Assembly (NCBI GenBank): GCA_973895155.1
Contig: OZ316891.1
Span: 30,635,112-30,699,111 of the forward strand
Reading direction: 5' to 3'
Length of the DNA stretch: 64,000 nucleotides
From: Marsupella aquatica
Lineage: Eukaryota > Plantae > Marchantiophyta
The notes beneath the pieces are model-generated. The model worked only from the letters and a program-made list of their open reading frames with translations. It was not told the DNA's origin and did not search any database. Of this stretch, positions 38,451 to 51,700 are shown in pieces. Numbering within the stretch: position 1 is the first letter of the stretch; every line of letters starts with the position of its first letter. A program made the position numbers and the translations under genes.

Positions 38451-39446
38451 AACAGACTCCAGATGGGACCCCCCTCGTTATCGTAAATCATAGATTTCCT
38501 AAACCTGCTAGGTCACATACTTGATTTATTCAAATATTTTCTTGGATTGATACGGTGGATATGTTCTTTTTGGGACCTGCATAACTAGCTCAGGCTCTCT
38601 CAACTCGAAATTTGTCGATGGTTCGATCAGAATCACCTTTATCATGCTCGTCTTGAGGGACGACGAAGGCTATTTCGTACTTAAATTCCGAAGCTTCGGG
38701 CAGCAAGCGAGCGGTCTCTTTGGTTCGAGCGGTCTCTTTGGTTCGAGCGTTATACCAGTTTGAACTCAGGCAAATCCGACCGGCAGGATCGTGTTTAATT
38801 TGAATTTTTTTTTTCATTTGATTTGTCCTGCACGCAAGTCATACCTTAGCCGCGTTGACGTTGAATATTTTGAATATTTTCAATTTGGTTTAAATCATCT
38901 AGACAGTGACGAAGCTCACGATACCTTACCGGCAAAACCTCGTGGCCGCGTGGACGTTGGATATTTTGAATGTTTTCTGATTTGTTTCGAATTTCCAAAT
39001 ATCTTTTTCTTCCTGTTTCGTAGCTTCTAGCTTCTGGTGGGCAGGATGGAGTCAGTTGGGCCCTCGTGCTGCATGTATTCCGAACAGCAGACGGAATCTG
39101 AGGACAGACATTCCGAGTTTGTGCTTTTGTCAGAGGCTCGACACGGACCAGAACCTGGAGAGCTGTTAAGAGATAGGAAACGTGCCAATGCGAGAGACAC
39201 ATGCAGTGAGCTTGTGTAGCGAGGTTGTGATCGAATTGCGATCTTTGTGTTACTGGATGTGCTCTTGATTTATCGTAACTATTTTGAACCGAGATTTTCC
39301 TTTCTGGCGTCTACTCATTACGACCTTGTGTCAGTCTTTTTCACTCAATTTTGTAGACGCTTACTTATCTGATTAGTTGAATCCCATTGTACTGTACACT
39401 TAGCATGCATTCAGTGGTCAATCATGGATCGACGTCTGCTGGTGAA

Positions 39447-39905
39447 ATGCATGTGCGTGATGTGCCTCCGAGACCAAACTTCCCGCTAGCAATATTTGCA
39501 TTCGGGGACTCTATGAGAGATCCGGGAAACAACAACTTCATTCAGTCCCTAGCGAAGGCGAATATCCTCTACAACGGCACCTCTCGGACCAACTGGCCGC
39601 TTCTACAATGGGCGAACCGCGTTGGACGTCATATGTATATTTCAATAATGCCACTCTTGCAAGTTCTATCGGAATTTGCTCACAAATTTCTGCAGTTTAA
39701 GCAAGCTTTTCAGATCTATGATACATTTTTATCTGGTCGCATGCAGGTGACATTTTCCAGGTCCCCTATCTTCCTGCGCGCCTATCTTGATCCACAAACA
39801 AACGGCTCCAAGATTCTTTACGGAGTGAACTATGCGTCAGGAGCGGCTGGCATTCTCGATGACACCGGGACGAATTTTGAAAGCTCGTCGGAAAACTGCC
39901 TCTGA
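39447..39905 (+). pseudogene. GDSL esterase/lipase pseudogene, copy 1 (N-terminal part only)
   Basis: AIFAFGDSMRDPGNNNFIQSLAKAN and GVNYASGAAGILDDTG. Frameshift in the PTGRF region; no downstream exons. Confidence 0.8.
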
Positions 39906-41526
39906 CTTGCATGTTTTCCTGAGCCATTTGCAACACGTACTCTTGGATCCGCAAGAATACGTGTTCATCATACCTCTTCGATTACATTACCGACAGCAAA
40001 AGAATGCTCTTCCGAGGACACACCAACAATGGCATGCTGAGACTCCACATAGAGCTGAATAGAGCTTTAGCAAAATAGATGCTTAAGATCGATGGCAGCG
40101 TTTGCAGAGCAGCACTTTGATCAGGATTTCATGATTAATTTTTGTGCCATGGAGGAAGATACAAGACGCCATCGACTCCATCACGCCTGATCAGACGCGC
40201 ACTCAACGTATCACCCTCCAGATTAACCCTGGTAACTACAAGTATGTCGTTATTAGTTTCTCTACAGATTTCTTCCATGCGTCTTAAATCTGTGTACAGC
40301 TAGTGGTATGCCCGGTAGAGATTATGGACGATGATTACGGGATTTCGGGTTTCTCTTTAAGCTATTGATGGTATTGAGTTTCTATCTGGGTCTACAGCAG
40401 AGTACAGTTTCGAAATTCTTAATTATATATCTGAAACTGTGGAAGGCCATTGATGGTAGTGAGTTTCTCTCAGGTTCTACAGTACTTTTCGAAATTCTTA
40501 GGTATAGATCTAAAACTTTCGAATACTTCTCTCGATGGCTACTGACCTTTTCTGATCTCATTCTGACTTTAGGGTACGTATTGGTTTGGGCCAAGTTGGA
40601 CCTGATGGAAAAAGAAGGGAGCCAGAGATCGAGAATTGGCTGACTTATTGACTCTATTTAGTTTGCAGTATGCCGTAACCATTTATGTACTCCTGCACCA
40701 GGCTTTGTTGCTGTTGTGCATGTGAATTAAGATCTCTAGTTGCCTGAGTGTATATATTAGTACGTACGTGAGACTTGCTGCTTTTATTCTCTTGGCTGGG
40801 CGCAGGCATTTTTGCCTTTGGATTTGCCATCTCTGATCGAGAAAAGTGCAGGGCCAGTATCCAGGTAAGTATGTACTCAATCAAGAACTCGATCTACACT
40901 GCATGCAGACCTTAGAGTCTTATTTCCTCTCTTTCGCAGTTTGCTGTCTGGTGAGAGGTGAGGAAGTTATAGAAGCCGCCCCAGTTTCTCAACCTGCATG
41001 CCGTCCTCATCGTTCATACTTGTATTATTTAACATGCAAACTCTGAAAAGGTCCAAAGCTTTTTTGCCGAGGTTTAGAAGAAAATCCCTTTCTGAAGATA
41101 TTTCCTTGGTAGGAATTTGTGGCATTTCCAATGTCCTGGACGATTACAATGGTGTCAAAAGTTCCTTCTCGATCTACAATGTACGTTCTACCTATACTAA
41201 GAGGCAGCCTCAACCGCAGATCTATGACAACGGGGAAGTGCAGTCAGACCCTAGCTCAAGATGATAGCCCTAAAGCCGCTAGTCTTCCCAAAAACATCCC
41301 TGGAAAAGTATCAGCTGGAGAACTATTACTGGGAATACTAGGTTTTATTGCTCTCATCGATCCTGAGCTACTGTCTGACTCTGCACTCAGCACGACCAAC
41401 ACAATGAACCAGACAGACACGACCATAGATTCAGTCATTTTGGGCTAAATGCTGCTGTCAATGGAATTCGTCGACTGTTCACGTTCACAATTCGAGCCCT
41501 CGATCACTAGACCTGGAACCGATGGC

Positions 41527-42185
41527 TTGCAGGATCGAGCATCAGAACCAGGAACAACTGTGCAGTAATCGACATAAAATTTCGTGGCAGGATCAAGGTC
41601 AGAATGTTAATGAAATTAAATGTACACTTAGTACGCAGCGGCGGCTCCGTTTGATCGAGCTCGAGACTTGCAAGCCGCCCTACCAATTAATTAATGCTCG
41701 ACACCATGCAATCAACTTTATCTGCTTTTTGATGGGGATGTCGAAGCATCTGAAGTTATCGTAGCATCGGATTGCACCAACGAATAAACAACGGAATATT
41801 GACAGTATTCACACAACTCCCGACAGAAATTGCTTTAGTATGATCGAAGTTTTACATCGCCAGAGTTTCAGCAATAAACACCGCGCTAGAAGTTTGGAAC
41901 AGTAGAAACGTTCGGGGTCCACGAGAAACTAACGTTGAACGGTTTGGCGGAACAAATACGATAACCACAGAGGCTTCGTCATCCCAAACACAAACAAGAT
42001 AAAGGTGATTCGTGACAAGCATTAATCGGGAGGGCGGCTTGCAAGTCTCGAGCTGCTCAACGGAGCTGCCGCTAACTACCAAGTGTACATTTAATTTCAT
42101 TAGCATTCTGATCTTGATCCTGCCACGAGATTTTATGTCGATTCCTGTACAGTTGCTCGATCTGGTTCTGATGCTCGATTTGCAA
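41527..42185. repeat. Long imperfect inverted repeat (arms ~235 bp, spacer ~190 bp)
   Basis: 41527-41763 is the approximate reverse complement of 41957-42185, e.g. atcgagcatcagaaccag / ctggttctgatgctcgat and taatgaaattaaatgtacactt / aagtgtacatttaatttcatta. Confidence 0.92.
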
Positions 42186-42479
42186 TTTTAAGCTTCGTCA
42201 ACTTTGGAACATTAGTAATGTTCAGTACTCAGGAGAAATGGCGTTTGACGGTTTGGCAGACGGGCAGCGAAGAGCGAGCGGTCTGGTATACAAGATCTTT
42301 GGTTCGTGCGTTATACTCTTCACGTAAAACCTTTATCGATTTTTCTGGCGTCTAATCATTACGAGCCTGTGACTCTTTTTCACTTAATTTTATCGGATCG
42401 CCTACATATTTGATTAGTTGAACTCAGTTGTGGTCTAACATCTGCGTTCAGTGGTATGCATATATGTATTGACGTCTGC

Positions 42480-42830
42480 TGGTGAAATGCATGTGCGTCT
42501 ATGCCCTGTTAAGATCGATGACATCAGGCGTCTCCACGACTGCACCAAACTTTACGCAAGCAATATTTGCATTCGGGGACTCTCCGATAAACACGGGAAG
42601 CAACAATTCATTCAGTCCCTAGCGAAGGCGAATATACTCTACAAACGGCATCGACTTCCCTCTCGGACGAAGTGGCCGCCTCTGCCATCGGCGAACCGTG
42701 TTGGCCATCATATGTAAATTTCAATGCTGCCAGTCTTGCACACTTTTGTCGGAATTTGTTCGCGAATTTCTTTTTAAGCAAGCTTTTCAGATCTATGATC
42801 CATGCTTTTTAGGTGGTCGCATGCAGGTGC
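42480..42830 (+). pseudogene. GDSL esterase/lipase pseudogene, copy 2 (exon 1 remnant)
   Basis: Similar to 39300-39750 including upstream DNA; gcaatatttgcattcggggactct encodes AIFAFGDS; frameshifted. Confidence 0.75.
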
Positions 42831-43208
42831 CTCTTGCATGCAGTCCATCTTGGTTAATTATGGTTCGAGGATTTACATTCATGGATTGCTCTGATTATCT
42901 TATGAAACACCTATTGAAATAGAGCATTTTAGGAAACATGAAGAATTAAAACCACGATCTGCGTACTTTAGGCGGGTATTTAAATGATCCTTGATTGGTC
43001 ATTATACTCATCCTTCCTGGAAAGTCTTCTTGATGGACTTCAGCTACTCTTACCTTGACAAGCTCAACATGAGGTTAGTTCTCAGACATCAATGTTTATA
43101 ACTGACAATCTTCTGTGAGAATTTAATATGAATGGCTAAGGTTCACCATTGAAATTCACCATTTTACACGACTTTACGATTTCACGACGTTTTGTCACAA
43201 TCTGGCAG

Positions 43209-44470
43209 GAGTGACTTACCATGGAAACAATAGTTGATTCAGTCCCTGGCGAAGGGCAATATCCTCTGCAACGGCACCGACTTCCCACTCGGACCAAGTG
43301 GCCGCGTCTGCAATGGGCGAACCGTGTTGGACATCGTATGTAAGTGTCAACGCTGCGACACTTCTAAGTTTTAGTCGGAATTTGCTCACGAATTTCTGTC
43401 TAAGCAAGCTTTTCAGATGTCTGATCCATGCTCTTTGTTTGGTCTCATGCAGGTGATATTTTCCAGGTCCCCTATCTTCCTGCCTATCTTGATCCACAAA
43501 CAAACGTTTCCAACATTTTTCATGGAGTGAACTAAGCGTCAGGAGCGGCTGGCTTTCTCGATGACACCGGGACGAATTTGTAAGCTCGTCGGAAAACTGC
43601 CTCTTGCATGCAGTCCATCTCAGTTATGATTCGAGTATTTCCCTGCGCACTGCCGCATTTAGTTTTAGAGCTCTCTTCCGAACAACATACGCGTCAACAA
43701 CAATCGGTTAGATGGCCCGTCTCTCGAGGTCCGGCCGCGTTTTCGATCAGCAGAAAAGGTTGGTTCAAGAATTGACTTTTGTCCGGTCTGTAGATCACGA
43801 CCGTGCCTATGGATAAGCAAATCGCGTACTTCACACACACTCTGGACGATATCAATCAGCAGTTGGGAGAAGACGAATTTAGGACGCCTGTGAGCAAGGC
43901 CTTACTTTTCGTTAAGACTGGCAACAACGACTTGATTAACAGCTACTTCCTCTCAACAACAAGTACCAGCAGGTTTTACACTCGTGCGGAGTTTACTTCG
44001 ATCCTCATTGACGGATTCAATGCGCAGTTGTCGGTAAGCTGGTCACGAATGTTTTCAATCAGGCTCTCTAAGTCTTCAGGAATATCAATCGTAGGGGTTG
44101 ATCGATTAGGATTGATCTACGGTTTACGTGGAGATCAGGTTCGATAAACTCAAGGCACATAAGTAGCTTTTCCGAGCGCTCCCCGATCGAGATGCCCTTT
44201 CGTTTGAAATTTTCTGAGAGGTCTCACAATTAATGTAATTCAGACGATTTCTTCACAGTTTTTTTTTCAGGTAGAGTGCTCTTGTCTAGCTGGCAGGATT
44301 CCCAAATTAGCACATAACGCGGTACAAGCAGGAATTGTATTCGTTAGGGTTCCGCAAAGTGTTCGTTGCTGGAGTCGGGCCCGTGGAATGCATTCCGCAT
44401 CCGTTGGCTATTACTCGATCAAACGCCTCAATGCGTACGGAAAACCCTCAACCACGTCCAGGAGTTAACA
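43209..44470 (+). pseudogene. GDSL esterase/lipase pseudogene, copy 3 (longest)
   Basis: GVN*ASGAAGFLDDTG carries an in-frame TAA. Later exons read PMDKQIAYF...SKALLFVKTGNNDLINSYF and ELYSLGFRKVFVAGVGPVECIP. Truncated before the catalytic DxxH block. Confidence 0.82.
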
Positions 44471-44719
44471 ATGGATTGAGGACTTGACCCCCACAGGCCC
44501 TCCAACTTTGTTACTATTTGCATAACATAAGCTTTCCCTCCTACACTTGTGCATGAAGGAGGCGCATGTACCTTAACCATGCATTGTGTGGGCATTGGGC
44601 TGGTTTTTCGATAAAAATGTATTGCTAGTCTGGGTGCTTTCCTTCTTTCTCTGCTTTGATCAGCCAGTTGCTAGAGTCATGCTAATCACCTCCAATTTGC
44701 TTTTACCCTACACCCCTAA

Positions 44720-45450
44720 TCATTTCATCCAATGACTTTGTATCCCACCAATCCAAGCCACCATGGTATCATGTTGTTCCAACTGGAGGAACATAGAACT
44801 CCCAAGGGGCACTCTATTTGAATAGAACTCACATTGCAATCTGTTCAAATTGAGGCTACAGTTTTTCAATATCACCTTGGTCTTCTCGAGAATGCACTTC
44901 AATTTAATCCGTCCAGTTGTGCCATTCAGTTGTAATGTCCGGTTGTTTCTCAATACATATTCTCCCAATTAGATTGCTAGAGGCGCTCTGTTCAAGTACA
45001 AACCACATTTCTCCTAGAGGGCCATTTTCGAAATCGGGAGAAGAAGGTAGTCCCAATTTGACGAAGTGATTGGAGCATCTAGGTAGATTCCTAACCCTAA
45101 TTTAAGGAGCCACAATCGCCTTAAGGTATGGGTCGGATAGTGTTTTTCATGTGGCAGAAGCAATCTGAACTCACATAAGTTACATTCTAGCTCGTGATGG
45201 CGTCACTGTGCAATCCGTGTTCAGACAGGTTCAATAGCATGATTGTACTTTCCAAGAGAAGACTCAATGTATGGAGGCCTGCTGCTTCCAATGATACAAA
45301 TTTGGCAAACATCATCTGGAGCAGTTTCTGCAAGAGAAAAAGCAGTAATCTCCAGTCTGCTCACCGACTTTTGTCTACCGTAGTTGTGGCGCTTTTGTCA
45401 AGTTAATGTAGTGATTCACAGCCATTCCATCCACTTGGCAGCCCAACAAT
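44720..45450 (-). mobile_element. Possible decayed LINE 3' fragment
   Basis: Minus frame shows CNLC...H and LAI*LGEYVLRNNRT, resembling zf-RVT and the IW..RN.R.F motif. Weak. Confidence 0.3.
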
Positions 45451-45777
45451 GTACAAAATTTTAAAGAGTTGTACTGGTATACTCTCCTCGAATGTGTCAA
45501 ACAATGATAAATTTCCTTGCTGGGACTAATATACACGTCCTTGTTCAATCATGGATCTAACAGCCTTATTGTGGCCTGGAAACCATCTGCATTGCACACT
45601 TCAAACAAGTTCTAAACCTGCTGGAAGTCGATTTTGGGTGAACATGAAGAACCCATGAATATCACAGGTGAATAATATTATCAACACCTACTCCAATAAT
45701 TTCACATGACCCGGCATAACACCAGCATTAAAAGGCCACATAAGCAATTCGCCCACGGAGAGCTTCACTAGTCTAAA

Positions 45778-48700
45778 TTAGCTTGACGTTGCTGTTTCTT
45801 TTGAAGCTGCATTCTTGTTCATGTCCTTGAATATATCTACTAGATTCTGGAATGTAGGACGAAGCCTTGGGTCACTGCACAGCAAGGAAGAAAGCCGGTA
45901 TGAAGTCAGTTCCAAGTTTTCTAGTCGTCGCTCTGCAACGATTTGTGAATCACACCATCATGTTGGTGAAAAATGTGTACAATCCTCACCTGGACCAACA
46001 CGCCTGGATCACTGAAGCACACTCTTTGTCCACGTCGTCAGGTATTGCTAGCCTTCGGTTCATGAATCCCACCGCACCAACAACCTGCAGTTATTGAGAA
46101 ACGAGATATCATAACTATCAAAACAATAGGTGGAAAGAGTTCAACAATCTAGCTCATCACAGGAAGCACTCCTTTATCTTCCTTCCATAACGTGATTAAC
46201 ATGAAAGGAATCTTTTCGAGCTGAGTGCCAAATGCACATGACCAACCTCTAGACATAAACTCGGATAAATGCAAAACAAGAAGCCCTAGCACTCACTATG
46301 GGACCAAACCTAAAGCAGGCTACACTCGTCTTACCTGCTCTGCTGGTAAAACAAGAACATTTCATGGGCCTAGGAAACCATAGGAGGCTATTCCACTACT
46401 CGATATTACCTGCATGGGGTTCAGATTACTCCATGGAATTTCTGCAGTGGCAAGCTCCCATAAGATAACTCCAAAACTGTACACATCAGATCTGCAGCAT
46501 CATAACAAAAGATCGTTATCCAGATTAGTTTAGGATTCTTCCCAAGCTCTAACAGTCCTTGTGCTCAAAGTGGCTCACTCGCGATTCCATTCTACAAGTC
46601 GGTATGTTCAATTGCCAGGAAGCATCCATGGCCCCATGACGTCCCTCTGGGCGACAAATTGGTAACAGGAGAAATCACAAAAAAGTTGTTGATTGCTTAC
46701 GATTCATTTGATGGCTCATCTCGAAGCACCTCAGGAGCCATCCATTGCGGCTGTATAGCAACTCAAAAGGTGTCATAAAATTAGACATATACGAAAGGTG
46801 CTAAATGTTTTGTCTATCACATACATCGCAAAAGACAGGCGGAGACTTGGATACTTGGCCAGTACACAAAACCCACGGATGCCCCTGACTGCCACACTAA
46901 ACCGTTGTACCATATTTTCAAACTCGTATAAATGGAGCCCTGTGATGACATGAAGCACTCTCATAGGCCTGCTAAATATTCAAAATACTCTCCCACCCAT
47001 GGGTCAGTTAATTCAGGCTTTCACTTGAGCAGCGATTGCCCACAAATGTCTTTGTCCTCGTCTTACCGTGCCTCTCCCTGACTTCGCTGTCAAGTAGGTC
47101 GAATTTTTAAATCGTGACAGGCCAAAATCCCCCACCTACAAGCCAAAACAGAATTTAAAGGGTGGAGTATAAAACACACGAGGTGTAGACCCGCATGAAT
47201 GTGGAAATTACTCGAACGTTATAAAATGCAAACTCCAGTCCAGTTGCGACTACGAAGAGCATGCAGACAGATCTGAAATTTAAGTTTCCTAACGAAGTTC
47301 AATTACGTCATACCAACCTTGACTGTCCAGTTCTTGTCAACAAGAAGATTCGAGGACTTCAAATCACGATGTATGATAGGGGGACTAAGGTGATGAAGAT
47401 AATTCAGCCCACGTGCCTGTGCCCATCCCACCGATGGGTAGCAACAAATTAGAATTCTGTGTTAAACCATTTCAGAAAGCAACTTTAAAAGAACGATTCA
47501 TCTATTCGATTTCTCTACTATCTCTCACGAATATATCCTCAAGACCCTGGACCGGTCATCTGTTCCTGCACGTTTTTCCATTTCCAAGCCATGATATTAC
47601 ACACGAGAATTACCCTAGAGATAACAAACGTCCTAAGCCAAATGGCTTGTCCTGGAACCTACCAAACTCGGCAGAAAGTCCGTGCGTTCTCTTCCTAATG
47701 AATCACTCTTGTTATTTAGGAGAAGATCCGTATTGCGCTGTCCACTTCTGAATTGGTTCTAAAAATTGAAATTCGTAAACACGTACTCAAGTGTGGACAC
47801 ATTGACGTTAAGATCATGGTCATTAACTCCAACCTTGTTCATTGCCAAAAGCCTTCTACACATCCTTCTTACCACGACCCTCTTTGGTTCTCCTCTCGAA
47901 CTGTTCTGCCTTCCTTTGCCTCGAATCATCACTACAGAACAGAGGAAAGCCGTCTCGACCTATTTATTCAAAAGGGACTTCATGCCACAACTCTTCCACA
48001 TTTCTTGTTGCTACCAACCCTTCCTGTTTTAACCTCTACATATTCTGATTTCCATGAACTCAAAGAATCAAAATGGACAAAATAAAAAAACCAACCAGCA
48101 CTTGCTATCCAGAACTCAAGAATTTTGGGCAATTCCACTAACAATCATTAGACAGATCACACTGACATCCTCCACAGAAATTTGTTTCTGATTTTACCGC
48201 CAGCAGATTCCTAGAGTTTTTAGGGCAGGAGACAAGACGTTTGGCCTCATCTGATTCCCCATATATTGCTTGCTATTGCAGATTGGGAGTTAACGACAGC
48301 TTAACTCCATAATCCCTCATCCGCCAATCATATGCAACACATTGCAAATCTCGAAACTTACCACATCTAAGGCCATCTTCAGACGGCGCTTCCAGTCTAG
48401 TCCTTGCGTGTTTCTGTGAAGCAGTCGAAATAGGCTTCCCCTGCAATTTGCCCGAAGCAAATTTTAGTCTGATCACATGTTTTCAGTTTCACTAGAAGAT
48501 TTCTGAAGAGGACCAATTAAGTTGTGTGATGAAGGTGTGCTTCGACAAAGTAAACAAAAACAACAGTCGTGCTAGTTGACGATCTGTAAAGTCGACTTTC
48601 ACTTATGGAAGAGGAATGCAAAGGGGACAATTGATGACCATAGAAAGGTTTTGTTCCGTCTTTGACAAAGATTTTATTTACTCTGCACCTGATTAGCGAA

Positions 48701-51700
48701 TTAAAGCATTTACCTGGGCAGAAACTCTGTTACAATTGAAAGGTGTTCAGGATCAATAACCGCTCCCATAAAGAGTAACACATTTGGATGTCTCACCCGT
48801 CTCATGATAGCAACCTTCCAGTTTGCAATGAACACAAAGGTTGACGACAAATAGATATCAGATGAGAAGTTACATTAGATCAACACATCAGCACAAAATC
48901 CAGGATGGCTGGGATTAAATCATGAACCCTTGTATGCCGTAGCTAAAGACACATCCATGACTCGACAAAATCTTTTCATGGACTATTTTGCTTTCAGAAG
49001 CATAGTCACGTTATTTGTTCATTCACTAGCTATGCTTCATGACATGACACTGTCAGCACTCCACAATACGTTGTCAGCCCAACGGAAGGAGCTTACTTTA
49101 GAACAATATGGTTACGACGGTGCTCACTATGATATTCGTAATGATTTCCGTAAACGTCCCAGTGACAATAAATGACGTTTGCATAAACTAGGCAAAACAG
49201 TCCATCCCAAACATGTATGATGTACCTCTTTTCTAAAGTCGTCTAGCGCTTCAGGAGACAGCTCCTGCCCAGTGATCACTTTCACAGCAACATCCTGCAC
49301 AAGTTCAAGGTAATCAAACAAGTGATTACATACAATCCGCCTGCTGCCCAACATTCACTTAGGGGAGACTATGACGTATCAAATCTACACTACCACAGAA
49401 TTTCACATAACTGAGGAGAGTAGTTTGACCAAGGCAGAATAGTATTCAAAGTAACGTACGGAGTACACATCTCACAACACTCTTCTCATGGAAGCTCAAG
49501 TAAACGGGAAACAAAGAACGGGGGCTTTGACACCATAAACCTGGGACCAACCAGACCAAGTTTACAAGAAAACTTGGAAGCTCAATGGGAGTCTGAGGGC
49601 ACAATTTAAGACGTCACTCAAAGTAACACAAACGATAACCAAAACCATCTGCATTAATAATATGTCATTGTGAAATCTAACATGGGCTGATTTAAGAATC
49701 CACGGCAAGAAGCAAGTCTTACCGAGCCAAGCCAAAGCCCATGATACACGGTTCCACTAGAACCTGCAAGAATTTCACAATAAGAGTTAAGACAAAGAGG
49801 AAGGAATTCAGTTTTCACAGCATAATGGTTCACGCAAGGTGCCAAATATGACATTCTTGAGATCCATTCAACAATGCATCGGCATTACAATCAACCAGCA
49901 AGTTATAACTCTGAATAGAGGAATGTCAAAAGAAGCTCCGAATTTTAGACAACAAGTAGACCGGATATGATCATTGTGAAACTTGAGGGAAGAAATAATT
50001 ATGAGTCTGACCAGTTCACCCACACAGCTTACAAGTGCAAAAAATGCTTGGAATTACCTTGACCAATCTGTTCTCCCAGTATTAAGTCGTCCCACAAAAT
50101 TTCGCAATCTAGACTTCCTAGGTTCTCATATTCTATTCTAGTACTGCTCGGAGTAGTGCTCCCGTCGCTACTCCCGCTGTTGACATTTTGACCAGCGCAA
50201 GGACCTAGGCCATCTAGAGTTAAGCCAGGATTAGAAAACTTCTTGTCTGCCCATACGCCCATAGTATTGCTCAATGACACGTTCTCTACTGCATTGTCAT
50301 ACTTCTCGTCCCTTGCCTCTCTATCGCCCTCAGACCATGGCCACGTATGCCCAGTTTTTGCCATCCATGCCTCTGCCTTTGCACTGACACCAGCTACTGA
50401 ACGGAAAGCTCCTGAACCCGATTTTATTGGACTGGCTGGAGATGACTGAGGCAAACTCGAGGAAGCAGATGCTCCTCGTCGTTCACTTTCTTGCTGACTT
50501 TCATTGATTCCTCCATATGACCAATTCTTACTTTTGCCCCCTTCCACTTTCTCAAAATTCTCTGAAACTTTCAGCTTAGAGAACACCTTTGCTGCCTGCA
50601 AGAGGGCATCATAATTCAGTTTAAAATTATAATTGTGACATGAGATCGTACTCTGAACAAGATTTCGCACTCTCATAATCAATGACATTGACATTGACAT
50701 TCAGGGTGATCCCTTCATTCCTGTAATAGAAGGGAAACCAAACGACCCAATCCTTCAAGTGTCCACATCTTCGTACTCGGATGATGAAATACACTTGCTT
50801 CCCCTAAATTTAATCGCTGTCACTGGCCGAGTCAAACGATTAAACTAACTGAAAGAGACAATCTGCAGATATAGGGGAATAAGATATAGAAGAACACGAG
50901 TTACCAGATTGGATATACTCGATGCAAAAGGAATTTGCCATGGTGGCCACTCCTCCTTTGATGATGTTCTCCTGTGTCTGAGACTAGCTTCGGATTCTGA
51001 GGTGAGACCACCATATGAAGTAGAAGTGGGGATCTGGTCTGTTGAAGAGACAGCCTTCTCCTTGGAAGGACGGGCATCACTTGTAACCCCAATAATCCCC
51101 ACCAATTTACCACTTTCATCGAATAAGGGTGAATTAGTAACCATAGCATTAAAAATTTCTCCTGACTTTTTCCGGAGAGGAAATTGACCAGACCAAGATT
51201 CTCCTAGACATAGACGTGATACAATTCGTGATGCCACAGGAAAAGTACTCTCACTGCACAAGAGTTCTACACAATTGCGGCCCAACGCCTCAGCAGGAGT
51301 ATATTCGTATAATTCCTCCGCCGCCCTGTTCCTGATATTGTTTCACAATTCGAACACCGGTCAGAATTTCCAAAATGCTCAAAGGATGAGGCGCATTTGA
51401 AGTGCAGTTAATTTGCGCCAAGGAAGGAGTGGATCTTCAATCCCAGAGTTAAAAGTAATCTCAAAAATGGCTATAACATGCAATTGCCCACGGAATGAAG
51501 TCTAACATTATACATCCAAAAACCATTTCACAGGGCCTCTGAAGAACCATCATGTGATGGGAAGGGAAACAATCCCAGGAAATGAAAGGTCGTACAAAGT
51601 GCAGGCAAACGCATGCCCAAAAGTGCCAATTACTATTGTATGCTGCAATGACTAACTTTCCTAATGGAATCTGAATCCAGTTCAAAGTAGGTTAAATTAA

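Noticed and set aside
40850-41440. Minus-strand signal-peptide-like ORF (MVVSVWFIVLVVLSA...) with faint pectinesterase-like IVDREGTF
   Set aside because: Interrupted by stops, and the similarity is too weak to name a family.
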